DNA of 64,000 nucleotides, from contig CAVQAG010000013.1 of NCBI GenBank assembly GCA_963710455.1, positions 661,290 to 725,289 on the forward strand. The letters are read 5' to 3'. The translations under genes were made by a program, and so were the position numbers. Below, in pieces: positions 45,186 to 54,464 of this stretch (the first letter of the stretch is position 1; each line of letters starts with the position of its first letter). The notes below the pieces were generated by a model, which ran no database searches, was not told where the DNA came from, and was given only the letters and a program-made list of their open reading frames with translations. This stretch comes from an uncultured delta proteobacterium. Lineage in GTDB: Bacteria > Desulfobacterota > Binatia > Binatales > Binataceae.

Positions 45186-47375
45186 GTGGACGCATCGACA
45201 TCAAATGGCGATCGCTTACTCGCAGAGGCAATCGGCGCCGGCCGCAGCGAACTCTCGGAAATCGAATCCAAGCAAATCCTCGAAGCGATCGGAATCCCGG
45301 TTGCGACCGCCTGTCTCGCGCGAAGCGCCGAAGAGGCGGCGGAACTCGCCGCTCGCCTCGGTTTTCCTGCTGCTCTCAAGGTGGTCTCGCCACAAGCCAC
45401 GCACAAAAGCGAGGTCGGCGGCGTCGAGCTTGGGCTGGGTTCGCCCGCCGAAGTCAGGGCCGCGTTCGAACGCATCAGGCAGAGCCTTGCCGCCAAACGT
45501 CCCGGCGCGCGCTTCGACGGTGTCGCGGTGCAGGCAATGGCGATGCCGGGGATCGAGCTGATTGTCGGGATGACGCGCGACGACCGCTTCGGCGCGCTGG
45601 TTGTGGTAGGGCTGGGCGGGACACTGGTCGAGATTCTCAAGGACACGGTGCTTAGAATCGCGCCGATTACCGCCGCCGGCGCGCGCGCTATGCTCAGCGA
45701 GTTGCGCGGCGTCGCGATGCTTAAAGGGGCGCGCGGAAGCGCCCCCGCCGATCTCGATGCGATCGCCGAACTGATCGCGAAGCTTTCCGAGTTCGCCGCC
45801 GTCCACGCCGAACTGCGCGAGATTGATCTCAATCCGGTGGCCGCGTACTCAAACGGATTGCGCGTGCTCGATGCGCGCATGCTGCTCGATCTAACTGGCG
45901 GGCCGGCTCGCGCGCAGTCCGCGGCGGTTTCGGATTCACGGCACGCGCAACGAATCGAGAATCTGCGCCGGGGCTTCGAGGCGCGCACGGTCGCAGTCGT
46001 CGGTGACAAACGGATGGGCGGTTACCTGTGGTTGCGGGCGATGTCCCGCTTCGCGGGCAAACTATACTCGGTGCAAGTCGATCCCGGCGAAATTTCAGGG
46101 ATCGAGGCGATGGGCATTACCAATTTCAAAAGTCTGGCCGACGTGCCCGAGCCGATCGATTACGCTATCAGCGCCGTGCCGCGCCAGATCGCGCCGCGGA
46201 TCCTGAAGGATTGCGTCGCAGCCGGCGTCAAAGGCATCGGGTTTTTTACTTCGGGCTTTTCCGAAACCGGTGAAGAGTTGGGCGTGAAGCTCGAGCGCGA
46301 ACTACGGGCGGCCGCTGCCGAATCCGATATCGCGCTGGTCGGGCCCAACTGCATGGGCCTGTACAACCCGTCGATCGGGTTATGCAATTTTCCCGATCTG
46401 GCGGCGGGGAGCGTTGGCGGCGACGTCTGTTTCATCTCGCAAAGCGGAACTCACAGCATCAATTTCTGCCTGCAGGCGCCGATTCGCGGCATCCGTATCA
46501 ACAAGGCCGCGTCGATTGGCAACGTACTGATGATCGAGGCGGCAGACTATCTCGACGTGATGGCGGACGATCCAGCGACCCGCGCTATTGGGATGTACAT
46601 CGAGGGCGTGCGCGACGGGCGGCGGTTTTTTGCGAGCCTGAAACACGCCGCCGCGCGTCATCCGGTGGTGGTATGGAAGGGCGGGATGACCGACGCTGGG
46701 GCGCGCGCAACATTTTCGCATACGGGATCGCTCGCGACCTCGGCCGCGGTGTGGCGCGCGCTGATGGCGCAGAGCGGGGCGGTTTCGGTCGCGAGCCTGG
46801 ACGCGATGCTCGACGCGATGGAATTGCTGGCGCGCGGGCGCCGCGTCGGCGGACGCGGAGTGGGGTTGGTCGCGATGACCGGTGGACAATCGGTGGTAAT
46901 AACCGACACCTTCGCCGCCGCAGGGCTCGAAGTGCCGAGGCTATCTGAGGAGTCATACGCGGAACTGAAAGGCTTCTTCAACATCATCGGTGGCAGTTAT
47001 CGCAATCCGCTCGACGCCGGTGGAACGATCGGAATGGGGCACGACCAGGGCAACCTCGATCGGATTCTCGACATTCTCGAGCGCGACGCTGCGATCGACG
47101 CGATCGTCCTGGAGATCGGTACCGGACTACGCGCCGCGCGCTGGCCTGCCCACGAGGACGAACTGACCGGCCTGCTCGACAAGCTCGCCGAGTTCAACCT
47201 GCGCTCGCGCAAGCCCTTTGCCGCGATCCTGCATCCCGCCCACGTCGAGGTGATCGTCACCCGCGCCAAAGAGCTCGCGCGCAGCCGCGGCCTGGTGGTG
47301 TTCGACAGTTTCGAGCGCGCGGCCGCTGCGTTCGCCGTCGCCGCCGAGTACTGGCAGGGCAGAGCCAATTCCTGA
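45186..47375 (+). CDS. ADP-forming acetyl/acyl-CoA synthetase family protein (ATP-grasp + CoA-binding + CoA-ligase domains)
   Basis: 729 aa. The N-terminal ATP-grasp_5-like part comes first, then CoA-binding (VAVVGDK...), then a ligase part with FSHTGSLA. Confidence 0.8.
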   Translation: MDASTSNGDRLLAEAIGAGRSELSEIESKQILEAIGIPVATACLARSAEEAAELAARLGFPAALKVVSPQATHKSEVGGVELGLGSPAEVRAAFERIRQSLAAKRPGARFDGVAVQAMAMPGIELIVGMTRDDRFGALVVVGLGGTLVEILKDTVLRIAPITAAGARAMLSELRGVAMLKGARGSAPADLDAIAELIAKLSEFAAVHAELREIDLNPVAAYSNGLRVLDARMLLDLTGGPARAQSAAVSDSRHAQRIENLRRGFEARTVAVVGDKRMGGYLWLRAMSRFAGKLYSVQVDPGEISGIEAMGITNFKSLADVPEPIDYAISAVPRQIAPRILKDCVAAGVKGIGFFTSGFSETGEELGVKLERELRAAAAESDIALVGPNCMGLYNPSIGLCNFPDLAAGSVGGDVCFISQSGTHSINFCLQAPIRGIRINKAASIGNVLMIEAADYLDVMADDPATRAIGMYIEGVRDGRRFFASLKHAAARHPVVVWKGGMTDAGARATFSHTGSLATSAAVWRALMAQSGAVSVASLDAMLDAMELLARGRRVGGRGVGLVAMTGGQSVVITDTFAAAGLEVPRLSEESYAELKGFFNIIGGSYRNPLDAGGTIGMGHDQGNLDRILDILERDAAIDAIVLEIGTGLRAARWPAHEDELTGLLDKLAEFNLRSRKPFAAILHPAHVEVIVTRAKELARSRGLVVFDSFERAAAAFAVAAEYWQGRANS

Positions 47376-47410
47376 CGTACGATTCAAGGTGGTTCGTTAT
47401 TTGGCAGGAC

Positions 47411-47680
47411 TCAAGCGCTGAATCTCTCGGCAGCGCGAGCTTTTGCCTTTGCGGCTTCCTGTTCCCGATTTTTTGGCGGTGCATTCGTTTCGAGCGCGCG
47501 GAGCAGATTGGCCGCGATATCGGCTATTTCATCGACTGCCGCGAGGAAGCTGCTCTCGTTTGCCCTAGACGGTCGATTAAAACCGGTGATTTTTCTCACG
47601 AATTGAAGCGAAGCAGCACGGATCTCTTCGGCGCTGACAGGCGGATCGAAATTGAACAAGGTTTTGATATTCCTGCACAT
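47411..47680 (-). CDS. DUF2277-like protein
   Basis: MCRNIKTLFNFDPPVSAEEIRAASLQFVRKITGF. ATG at 47678-47680. Confidence 0.65.
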   Translation of the reverse strand: MCRNIKTLFNFDPPVSAEEIRAASLQFVRKITGFNRPSRANESSFLAAVDEIADIAANLLRALETNAPPKNREQEAAKAKARAAERFSA

Positions 47681-47827
47681 TAGTACGACCTCATTTCGAG
47701 CGCGGCGGCGTTTTTGCCCGCGCCACCGACTAAGGGGGTTGTCGATAAACAAAACAATCGCTGCGCGTTGATCCTTCACTTCGGCAACTTTCGTTCGGGA
47801 GGACAACAAAAACCCCCCGCTGTCATC

Positions 47828-49303
47828 CTGAGAGTTTGTGAATATTTGGATTTTTGCGATGGCATCGGCGCGTTGCGAGCGACAGTCACTGATTGGACGA
47901 GGTCAGGTTGTTTAGGCAAAGAGCGCCTGAGGAAGCTGGCGATAGTGGAAGCCTCACAACCAGCCCATTTTGATCGAGCGCATCAGGTTGTAAACCAGCG
48001 CCGACCAGGTCGCGACGATCAGCACCTTGCTGATGCCGCGGACCAGCAAGCGGTCGAGGCCGCGCCAGGTTTTGAGATCGGCGTTGACGGTTTCGGCGGT
48101 GGCGGCCCGCTCCAGGTAGATGCGCTGGCCCTGCGGCGAGCCCATGCGTTTTCGATACTCGGCGATCGCCGCACTGTCGCGGGGCTGCGGGGTGAGCGGA
48201 TCGATGTGATAGGTGCGGTTCTCGCGCGGCGGCACGAACACCTCCACCCCGCGTGCCGCGGCGCGCTCGACCGCGGCAAAGTTCATATAGCCGCCGTCGG
48301 CGAGATGCTGCCTGGGGAGCGCGCCGGTCCGCCGCTCGATCTCATCGAGCATCGGCGCCAACTGCTGGCTGTCGGTCCCAGAGTTGCTCGCCTCGACGCC
48401 CACGATGATCCGGCTTTCGGTGTCAGTAGCGAACTGCAGATTGTAAGCGGGACGGAATCCGCCATCGGCCATCTTCATCACCCGCGCCTCGGGATCAGTG
48501 GTCGAGATGCGGGTTTCAGTTTTGCGCTGCGGATGGTTTTTGGCCTCGGCCTTGTGCGCGCCGAGTTCGCCCAGCCGCGCCACCGCCCGCTGGCAACGCT
48601 CCTCATACTCGCGCGCGGCGCGCAGTTCGGCCGCGCGCTGGCGCGCGCTGCCCTGGGTCGGATCCTGCGCGGCCTCCGCGTCGAGCCGCTCCAGATGCGC
48701 GCGCGCCGCACGCACGCAGGCCTTGAGCCGGGCCTTGCGCCGAAACGACGCCGCCCCCGCGCTCGCCCGCACCCGGGTCCCATCCTGCGCCACCCGGTAA
48801 AGCGTGATCAGATGCTGGTCCAGCAGCAGGCCCAGCACCTGGCTGAACAACTCGTCCAGCGCTGCGCCATGTCGGCTGCGAAAGTCGCTCAGCGTATGAT
48901 AGTTGATGCTCACCCCGGCGCAGATCCAGCGATAGGCCGCGTGCTCGGCGCTGAGCCGCGCGATCTCGCGCGCACTGTTCACGCCTTCGCTCAACCCATA
49001 CAGCCACAGCGCCAGCAGCATCCGCGGGTCAGTCGCATCGCGTCCCGGGCCGTTCTCGCGCGCCTTGATCGGCGCACAGAACCGGCTCAGGTCGAGCCCT
49101 TCCAGTACCCGCCAAATCGCGCGCACCGGATGCTCGGCACCGGCCAGCTTCTCGTAATCCACGGTTTGCAATATCAACTGCTTACGATCGGGTTCCCGCA
49201 GCCGCACCTCTTCGCCCATCACCTCACCTCCGCCTCTCCACCATCATCCACTTCCCATCCCTCAAAGCGATCCCTGTCCGCAAATAAATTCACAAACTCT
49301 GAG
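47828..49303 (-). mobile_element. IS1182-family (IS5-like) insertion sequence
   Basis: Terminal inverted repeats around AGAGTTTGTGAAT (47831-47843 and the reverse complement of 49288-49300), extendable to 16 bp with one mismatch. Single transposase gene. Exact ends and target duplication not resolved. Confidence 0.7.
47954..49222 (-). CDS. IS1182-family DDE transposase
   Basis: 422 aa. N-terminal DUF772-like part (HPVRAIWRVLEGLDLS...DPRMLLALWLYG) and DDE part (TTDPEARVMK, ADGGY). Confidence 0.85.
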   Translation of the reverse strand: MMGEEVRLREPDRKQLILQTVDYEKLAGAEHPVRAIWRVLEGLDLSRFCAPIKARENGPGRDATDPRMLLALWLYGLSEGVNSAREIARLSAEHAAYRWICAGVSINYHTLSDFRSRHGAALDELFSQVLGLLLDQHLITLYRVAQDGTRVRASAGAASFRRKARLKACVRAARAHLERLDAEAAQDPTQGSARQRAAELRAAREYEERCQRAVARLGELGAHKAEAKNHPQRKTETRISTTDPEARVMKMADGGFRPAYNLQFATDTESRIIVGVEASNSGTDSQQLAPMLDEIERRTGALPRQHLADGGYMNFAAVERAAARGVEVFVPPRENRTYHIDPLTPQPRDSAAIAEYRKRMGSPQGQRIYLERAATAETVNADLKTWRGLDRLLVRGISKVLIVATWSALVYNLMRSIKMGWL

Positions 49304-49347
49304 CGTTAGCGAAAGATCTGCGCGAAGCGATGGATCTTTTCTCCCAT

Positions 49348-50859
49348 TTATCGGCGCGGCGTTTCGTGACGCGAGCCCCGTTGGCTGCGCACGCGTGCGA
49401 CCGCCGCATGCCATCCGTTGATTAGCTGCTCGCGTTCGCCCGGACGCATCGACGGGCGAAACAGCCGTCCCTTCCCACCGAGCGCCCGCAGCTCCGTCGG
49501 TGAATGCCAGAGACCGCACGCGAGCCCGGCCAGCATTGCTGCGCCCAGCACCGTCGTCTCGACCATCTTCGGCCGCCGCACCGGGCGCCCCAGCACGTCG
49601 GCCTGAAACTGTACCAGGTAGTTGTTCGCGGTGGCGCCGCCGTCGACCCTTAGCTCGTTGATGCGGCGCCCGCTGTCTTTCTCCATCGCGGCCAACGCGT
49701 CGCGCACCTGGTAGGCGATCGAGTCGAGCGCTGCGCGCACCACGTCGGCGCGATTGGTGCCGCGAGTGATACCGACGATCGCGCCGCGAGCGCTAGCGTC
49801 CCAGTACGGAGCGCCGAGGCCGACGAAGGCCGGCACCAGGTAGGGCTGCGAGCGATCGCGGCTTGAGCGCGCCAGCTTTTCGCTCTCGGCCGCAGTCGCG
49901 ACTATGCCCATCTCATCGCGGAGCCACTGGACCGCGGCGCCCGCGATAAACACGGAGCCCTCCAGCGCGTAGGCGGGTTCACCGGCCGGCCCAAGCGCGG
50001 TGGTGGTCAACAGCCGATTGTGTGAGGTGACGGCGCGCTCCCCCGTATGCATCAGCAGGAATGCGCCGGTGCCGTACGTTGCCTTGGCCGCGCCGGGACT
50101 GACTGCGCATTGGCCGTAGAGCGCGGATTGCTGGTCGCCGATGACCGCGCCTATCTGGATTGCGCGCGGCCCAAACATCCCGGCGGCGGCCTCGGCCAGC
50201 GGACCGCGCGAGGAAACCGGCTGAGGCAGCATCGCGGCAGGCACTCCGAGCATCCGCAGCATCGCGGCGTCCCACTGGCGCTCCTTCAAATTGAGCATCA
50301 TCGTACGCGACGCGTTGGTGAAGTCGGTCACGAACGTGGCACCCCGCGAGAGCCGGAAGATCAGCCACGAATCGATTGTGCCAAAGCAGAGTTCGCCGCG
50401 AGCGGCGCGCCGCCGCAGTGCGCGGTCGCTATCGAGCAGCCACTTGAGCTTGGTGCCGGAGAAGTAGGGATCGATCAGCAGTCCCGTACGGCGGCGAACC
50501 TCGGCCTCGCGCCGCATCAGCGCGGCGCAAATCGCGGCACTCCGCCGGCATTGCCATACGATGGCGCGATGCACCGGGCGGCCGCTTCGCCGCTCCCACA
50601 CCACGAACGTCTCACGCTGGTTGGTGATTCCGACCGCGCCGATACCGCCAGGCCGGACCCCCGAGGCCGCTATCGCCTGCCGGCCCAGGCGCACCACCGA
50701 GCGGAAAAGCTGCTCCGGGTCATGCTCGACCCATCCGGGACGCGGATAGAACTGGCGGACTTCACCGTAGGCGCGTCCGAGGATGCGGCCGCGCCCGTCG
50801 AGCACCATCGCCGTGGTCCCGGTCGTTCCCTGGTCGATTGCGAGCACCGCCTGAGCCAT
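49348..50859 (-). CDS. glpK: glycerol kinase
   Basis: MAQAVLAIDQGTTGTT, GITNQRET, YGTGAF. ATG at 50857-50859. Confidence 0.95.
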   Translation of the reverse strand: MAQAVLAIDQGTTGTTAMVLDGRGRILGRAYGEVRQFYPRPGWVEHDPEQLFRSVVRLGRQAIAASGVRPGGIGAVGITNQRETFVVWERRSGRPVHRAIVWQCRRSAAICAALMRREAEVRRRTGLLIDPYFSGTKLKWLLDSDRALRRRAARGELCFGTIDSWLIFRLSRGATFVTDFTNASRTMMLNLKERQWDAAMLRMLGVPAAMLPQPVSSRGPLAEAAAGMFGPRAIQIGAVIGDQQSALYGQCAVSPGAAKATYGTGAFLLMHTGERAVTSHNRLLTTTALGPAGEPAYALEGSVFIAGAAVQWLRDEMGIVATAAESEKLARSSRDRSQPYLVPAFVGLGAPYWDASARGAIVGITRGTNRADVVRAALDSIAYQVRDALAAMEKDSGRRINELRVDGGATANNYLVQFQADVLGRPVRRPKMVETTVLGAAMLAGLACGLWHSPTELRALGGKGRLFRPSMRPGEREQLINGWHAAVARVRSQRGSRHETPRR

Positions 50860-51045
50860 GTGACGCCGGTCCCTGCCTCGCTCTGAGCGCTGGCCTCCAC
50901 CTCTGCCTGGCTGAGTGGAATCGCGCCTTAAGTTAGGCGAGGGCTGCGCCCCCCGACAAGGGGCGCCGTCCGGCTTGCGTCCTAATTTCGTCGAAGCCAT
51001 GATATGCTCGCGGTTGAAGCGCCCCTTTTACGGAGCCATCTGCGT

Positions 51046-52420
51046 ATGTCGACGAGCGCTGATTTGATCGAAACCAGCGAACAGTTGATCCGCTACTTCG
51101 AGAGCGGAGCCAAACCGCGCGAGCAATGGCGCGTTGGGACCGAATACGAAAAGGTGACGGTCTCGGCGCAGGACGGCCGCGCGCTACCTTACTCGGGATC
51201 GCGCGGGGTCGAGCAGATTCTACGCCGCCTGGCCGAGCGCTACGGCTACGAGCCGGACGAAGAGCAGGGGCGTGTGATCGGGCTTAAGGGCGAGCGCGCC
51301 GCGATTACGATCGAGCCGGGCAGCCAGATCGAGCTTTCGGGCGAGCAGTGCGAGACGATTCACTGCGCGCATGCCGAGTTCAGCCGCCACATCGAGCAAC
51401 TGATCGAGGTCGGCCACGAGTTCGGCGCGGCTCGTGCTGGGACTGGGAATGCAGCCCATCAGCACTATCGACGAGATCGAATTGATACCGAAAAAGCGCT
51501 ACCGGATCATGTATCCGTACATGGCGCGCAAGGGGAGGCTGGGCCAGCGGATGATGAAGCAGACCGCCGGAGTCCAGGCCAACCTCGATTACGGCGACGA
51601 GGCCGATGCCATGCGCAAGTTCCGGCTCAGCATGGGGCTGGTGCCGCTGGTGTACGCGATGTTCGCCAATTCGCCGCTATGTGACGGCCGTCTCAACGGC
51701 TACCAGAGCTATCGCGGACATATCTGGACCGACACCGACCCTGACCGCTGCGGCACGCTCGAGTTTGCCTTTCGTGACGACGCCGGCTTCGAGGACTACG
51801 TCGAGTATGCGCTCGATGTGCCGATGTATTTCATTTATCGCAATCACGAGCCGCAGGACCTGACCAAGCCGCCGGGCCTGACCTTTCGCCAGTTCATGGA
51901 GCGGGGATGGCGCGGGGAGCGCGCGACCATTGACGACTGGGCGGCCCATCTCACCACGATTTTCACCGAGGTGCGGCTCAAAAAGTACGTCGAAGTGCGC
52001 ACCGCTGACAGTCAGCCGCCGGCGCTGATGCTCGCGCTGCCCGCGCTGTTCAAAGGCCTGCTCTACGATTCCGATTGCATGGCCGGGGCCTGGGACCTGG
52101 TCAAGCGTTGGAGTTTCGAGGAGCGCCTGGAATTGACCGACGCCGCACACAAACTCGGCCTTCAGGCGCGCGCCGGCCGCGTCAGTATCCGCGAACTCTC
52201 GCTCGAGGCGCTGATGATCGCGACCGTCGGGCTGGAGCGCCAGCGCGGGCTGAATCAGTACGGCGACAACGAGAGCATCTACCTGCTGCGCCTGCTCGAC
52301 CAGGTGCGCAACGGATGGACTCAGGCGAGTCTCACGATCGACCGCTGGAAGGGGCGGTGGAACTACGATGTGCAGCGGCTGGTTGAAGGCACCGCGTACG
52401 AGGCTGAGGGGCTGGTCTGA
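51046..52420 (+). pseudogene. gshA: plant-type glutamate-cysteine ligase, split by a +1 frame change near 51425-51433
   Basis: The N-terminal part (RVGTEYEK, ITIEPGSQIELSG) is in the frame of 51046. The remainder (LGLGMQPISTIDE..., YRGHIWTDTDPDRCG, VEVRTADS) is in the frame of ORF 51434..52420. Confidence 0.65.
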
Positions 52421-52438
52421 GGCTGAGGAGCTGATCTG

Positions 52439-53332
52439 ATGACGCTGCGTCTTTCGGAGCGCTACGTGATGGCGCTCAACCTGTCGCTGATCGCGATCCT
52501 CGCCTATTTCCTCGCGCTCGCCGTCAACGACATCATTCTCGGCCGGGTGGCCAGCGCGTCGGCGCATCTGCCGTCGCTGGTGGGTGCCGCACCGTCCGCT
52601 CCGGTGGTCCGCCCACGCGCTTTTTACAACGCGATTTCTCAGCGCGACATTTTCAACCTGGTGCCGGTGACCGAAGCACCCGCGGAGGTTGCAACCAACC
52701 TGCACATCCATTTACTCGGCACCTCGACGCTTACTCTTTCGCAACCGTTCATCATCGTGGAGGATGACAACAACCACGAGCAATCTCTCTATCGGATGGG
52801 GGACGATATTCCGGACGCGGGCAAGCTGGTCGGTGTATATAAAGATCACGCGATCGTTCTGCACGAGGGGCGCCGTATAAAGATCGAAATGCCGACCACA
52901 AGCGATGGCGCGCCAGGCGAACTGCCACGTCCGTTCGGATTGCCCAGCGCGCCGTTTCGCCGCTTCATGCGCGGGCGCCCTTTCCAGAGCGGAGTGCGCG
53001 AGGTCGATCCCAACCGCTACGTGCTCGATCGTTCTACCGTCAACAACAACCTGAACAACCTGGCCGCGCTGTTCACCCAGGTTCGCGCCATTCCCAACCT
53101 CGGCCCTGACGGCCAATCCCACGGCTTCAAGCTTTCTGAAATTCAGCCCGACTCGATCTTTCAGCAGATCGGATTGCGCGACGGCGACGTGCTGACGGGC
53201 GTTGGCGGGCAAAGCGTGGGCGATCCCGCCCAGGCGATGCAGTTGTTGGCCAGCCTGCGCAACCAGAACTCAATCAGCCTGACCGTGATGCGTGGCGGTC
53301 AGCCCGTCCAGCTCCAGTACAACATCCGCTGA
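52439..53332 (+). CDS. GspC-like protein (TM anchor + PDZ domain)
   Basis: N-terminal TM helix LNLSLIAILAYFLALAV. C-terminal PDZ-like IGLRDGDVLTGVGGQSV...ISLTVMRGGQ. Confidence 0.5.
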   Translation: MTLRLSERYVMALNLSLIAILAYFLALAVNDIILGRVASASAHLPSLVGAAPSAPVVRPRAFYNAISQRDIFNLVPVTEAPAEVATNLHIHLLGTSTLTLSQPFIIVEDDNNHEQSLYRMGDDIPDAGKLVGVYKDHAIVLHEGRRIKIEMPTTSDGAPGELPRPFGLPSAPFRRFMRGRPFQSGVREVDPNRYVLDRSTVNNNLNNLAALFTQVRAIPNLGPDGQSHGFKLSEIQPDSIFQQIGLRDGDVLTGVGGQSVGDPAQAMQLLASLRNQNSISLTVMRGGQPVQLQYNIR

Positions 53333-53334
53333 CC

Positions 53335-54380
53335 ATGGAACTGCGGCCGGCGCGCGGCAGCGAACGAGACCAGGTACTGGACCTCCTCGCGCTGTGGTAC
53401 GGCGACCGCAATTTTTTCGCTCGCTATAACCGCCATGACCCGGGCTTCCGCGACGAACTATGCCTGGTCGCATGCGAGAGCGGACGTATCGTCGCGACCG
53501 CGCAAATATTCGCGCGCGTCGTGAACCTGCGCGGCGCAGGCGTTCCGGTCGGCGGCGTCGGCTCGGTCTATACGATGGAAGGCCATCGCAGCCGCGGCTT
53601 CGGCTCGGCGCTGATGAGACTGGCGGTTACCACGATGGAGCGGGTGGAGTTCGAGGTCTCGCTGCTGTTTGCCGAACGGCTGGACTTCTATGCACGTTTC
53701 GGCTGGCGTCCGGTGACGCGCCAGTTTAGCGCGCTCGCGGACACTGCGACGATGCGCATGGCCGCCGGGTTTCGGCTCGCACGAATGGAGGAGGCACGTG
53801 AACTGTGGGAGGTCGCGGCGCTCCATCGCGACTACAGCGGCCGTTTCGATGGCACCGCGCTGCGCGACGCGGATGCGTGGCGTGGCAATCTTCGCTATGC
53901 GGGGAATCCCGGCGAATACTTCGTCGTCTGCCGCCGCGACACCTCGGAAGAGATCGTGGCCTACGCGCGCGCGATTTTATTCATGGCTTCCCGATGGTGA
54001 TGGAGTACGGTTACGCGCCAGAGGCTGCAGACGCGATGCTCGCGCTGGTGCGGCATCTTGGCGAGGTCGCCTCTGGCGCGCCTCCGTCAATTCCGCTGGA
54101 GCGCGGCGATAGCGATACGGCGGCGCTGCGCAATCCAGCGGATCCGCCCGGTCCGGCACTGCTGGTGACGCACACTGCGCAGGACCCGGCGTTGGAAGAG
54201 AATCTGCGCGAGGCTGGCGTCTTCGTGATGCACCATCCCGATAACTTCTACATGTGGCGCGTGATCGCGCCGCGGAAACTCGCGCGAAGCCTCGGCGTCG
54301 CGGCTGAACAGGCCGAGGCGGCGCTGTTTACAATTCTGCAGGCGCCAAAGGCACTCTATTGGACGGCGGATCGCTTTTAG
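53335..54380 (+). pseudogene. Eis-like GNAT acetyltransferase, frame change at a (CG)5 tract
   Basis: The GNAT core (GVGSVYTMEGHRSRGFGSALM) is in one frame and stops at 54000. The C-terminal domain continues in another frame (HGFPMVMEYGYAPEAADAMLALV... to 54380). (CG)5 lies at 53964-53973. Confidence 0.55.
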
Positions 54381-54464
54381 CGGATCGTTTTAGTCGACAC
54401 AGTGTGCCGCGATTAACGCGGCTGGGCGGCCTGCTTCGGTCGGACCAGGGGGAGGTTGGAGGTT

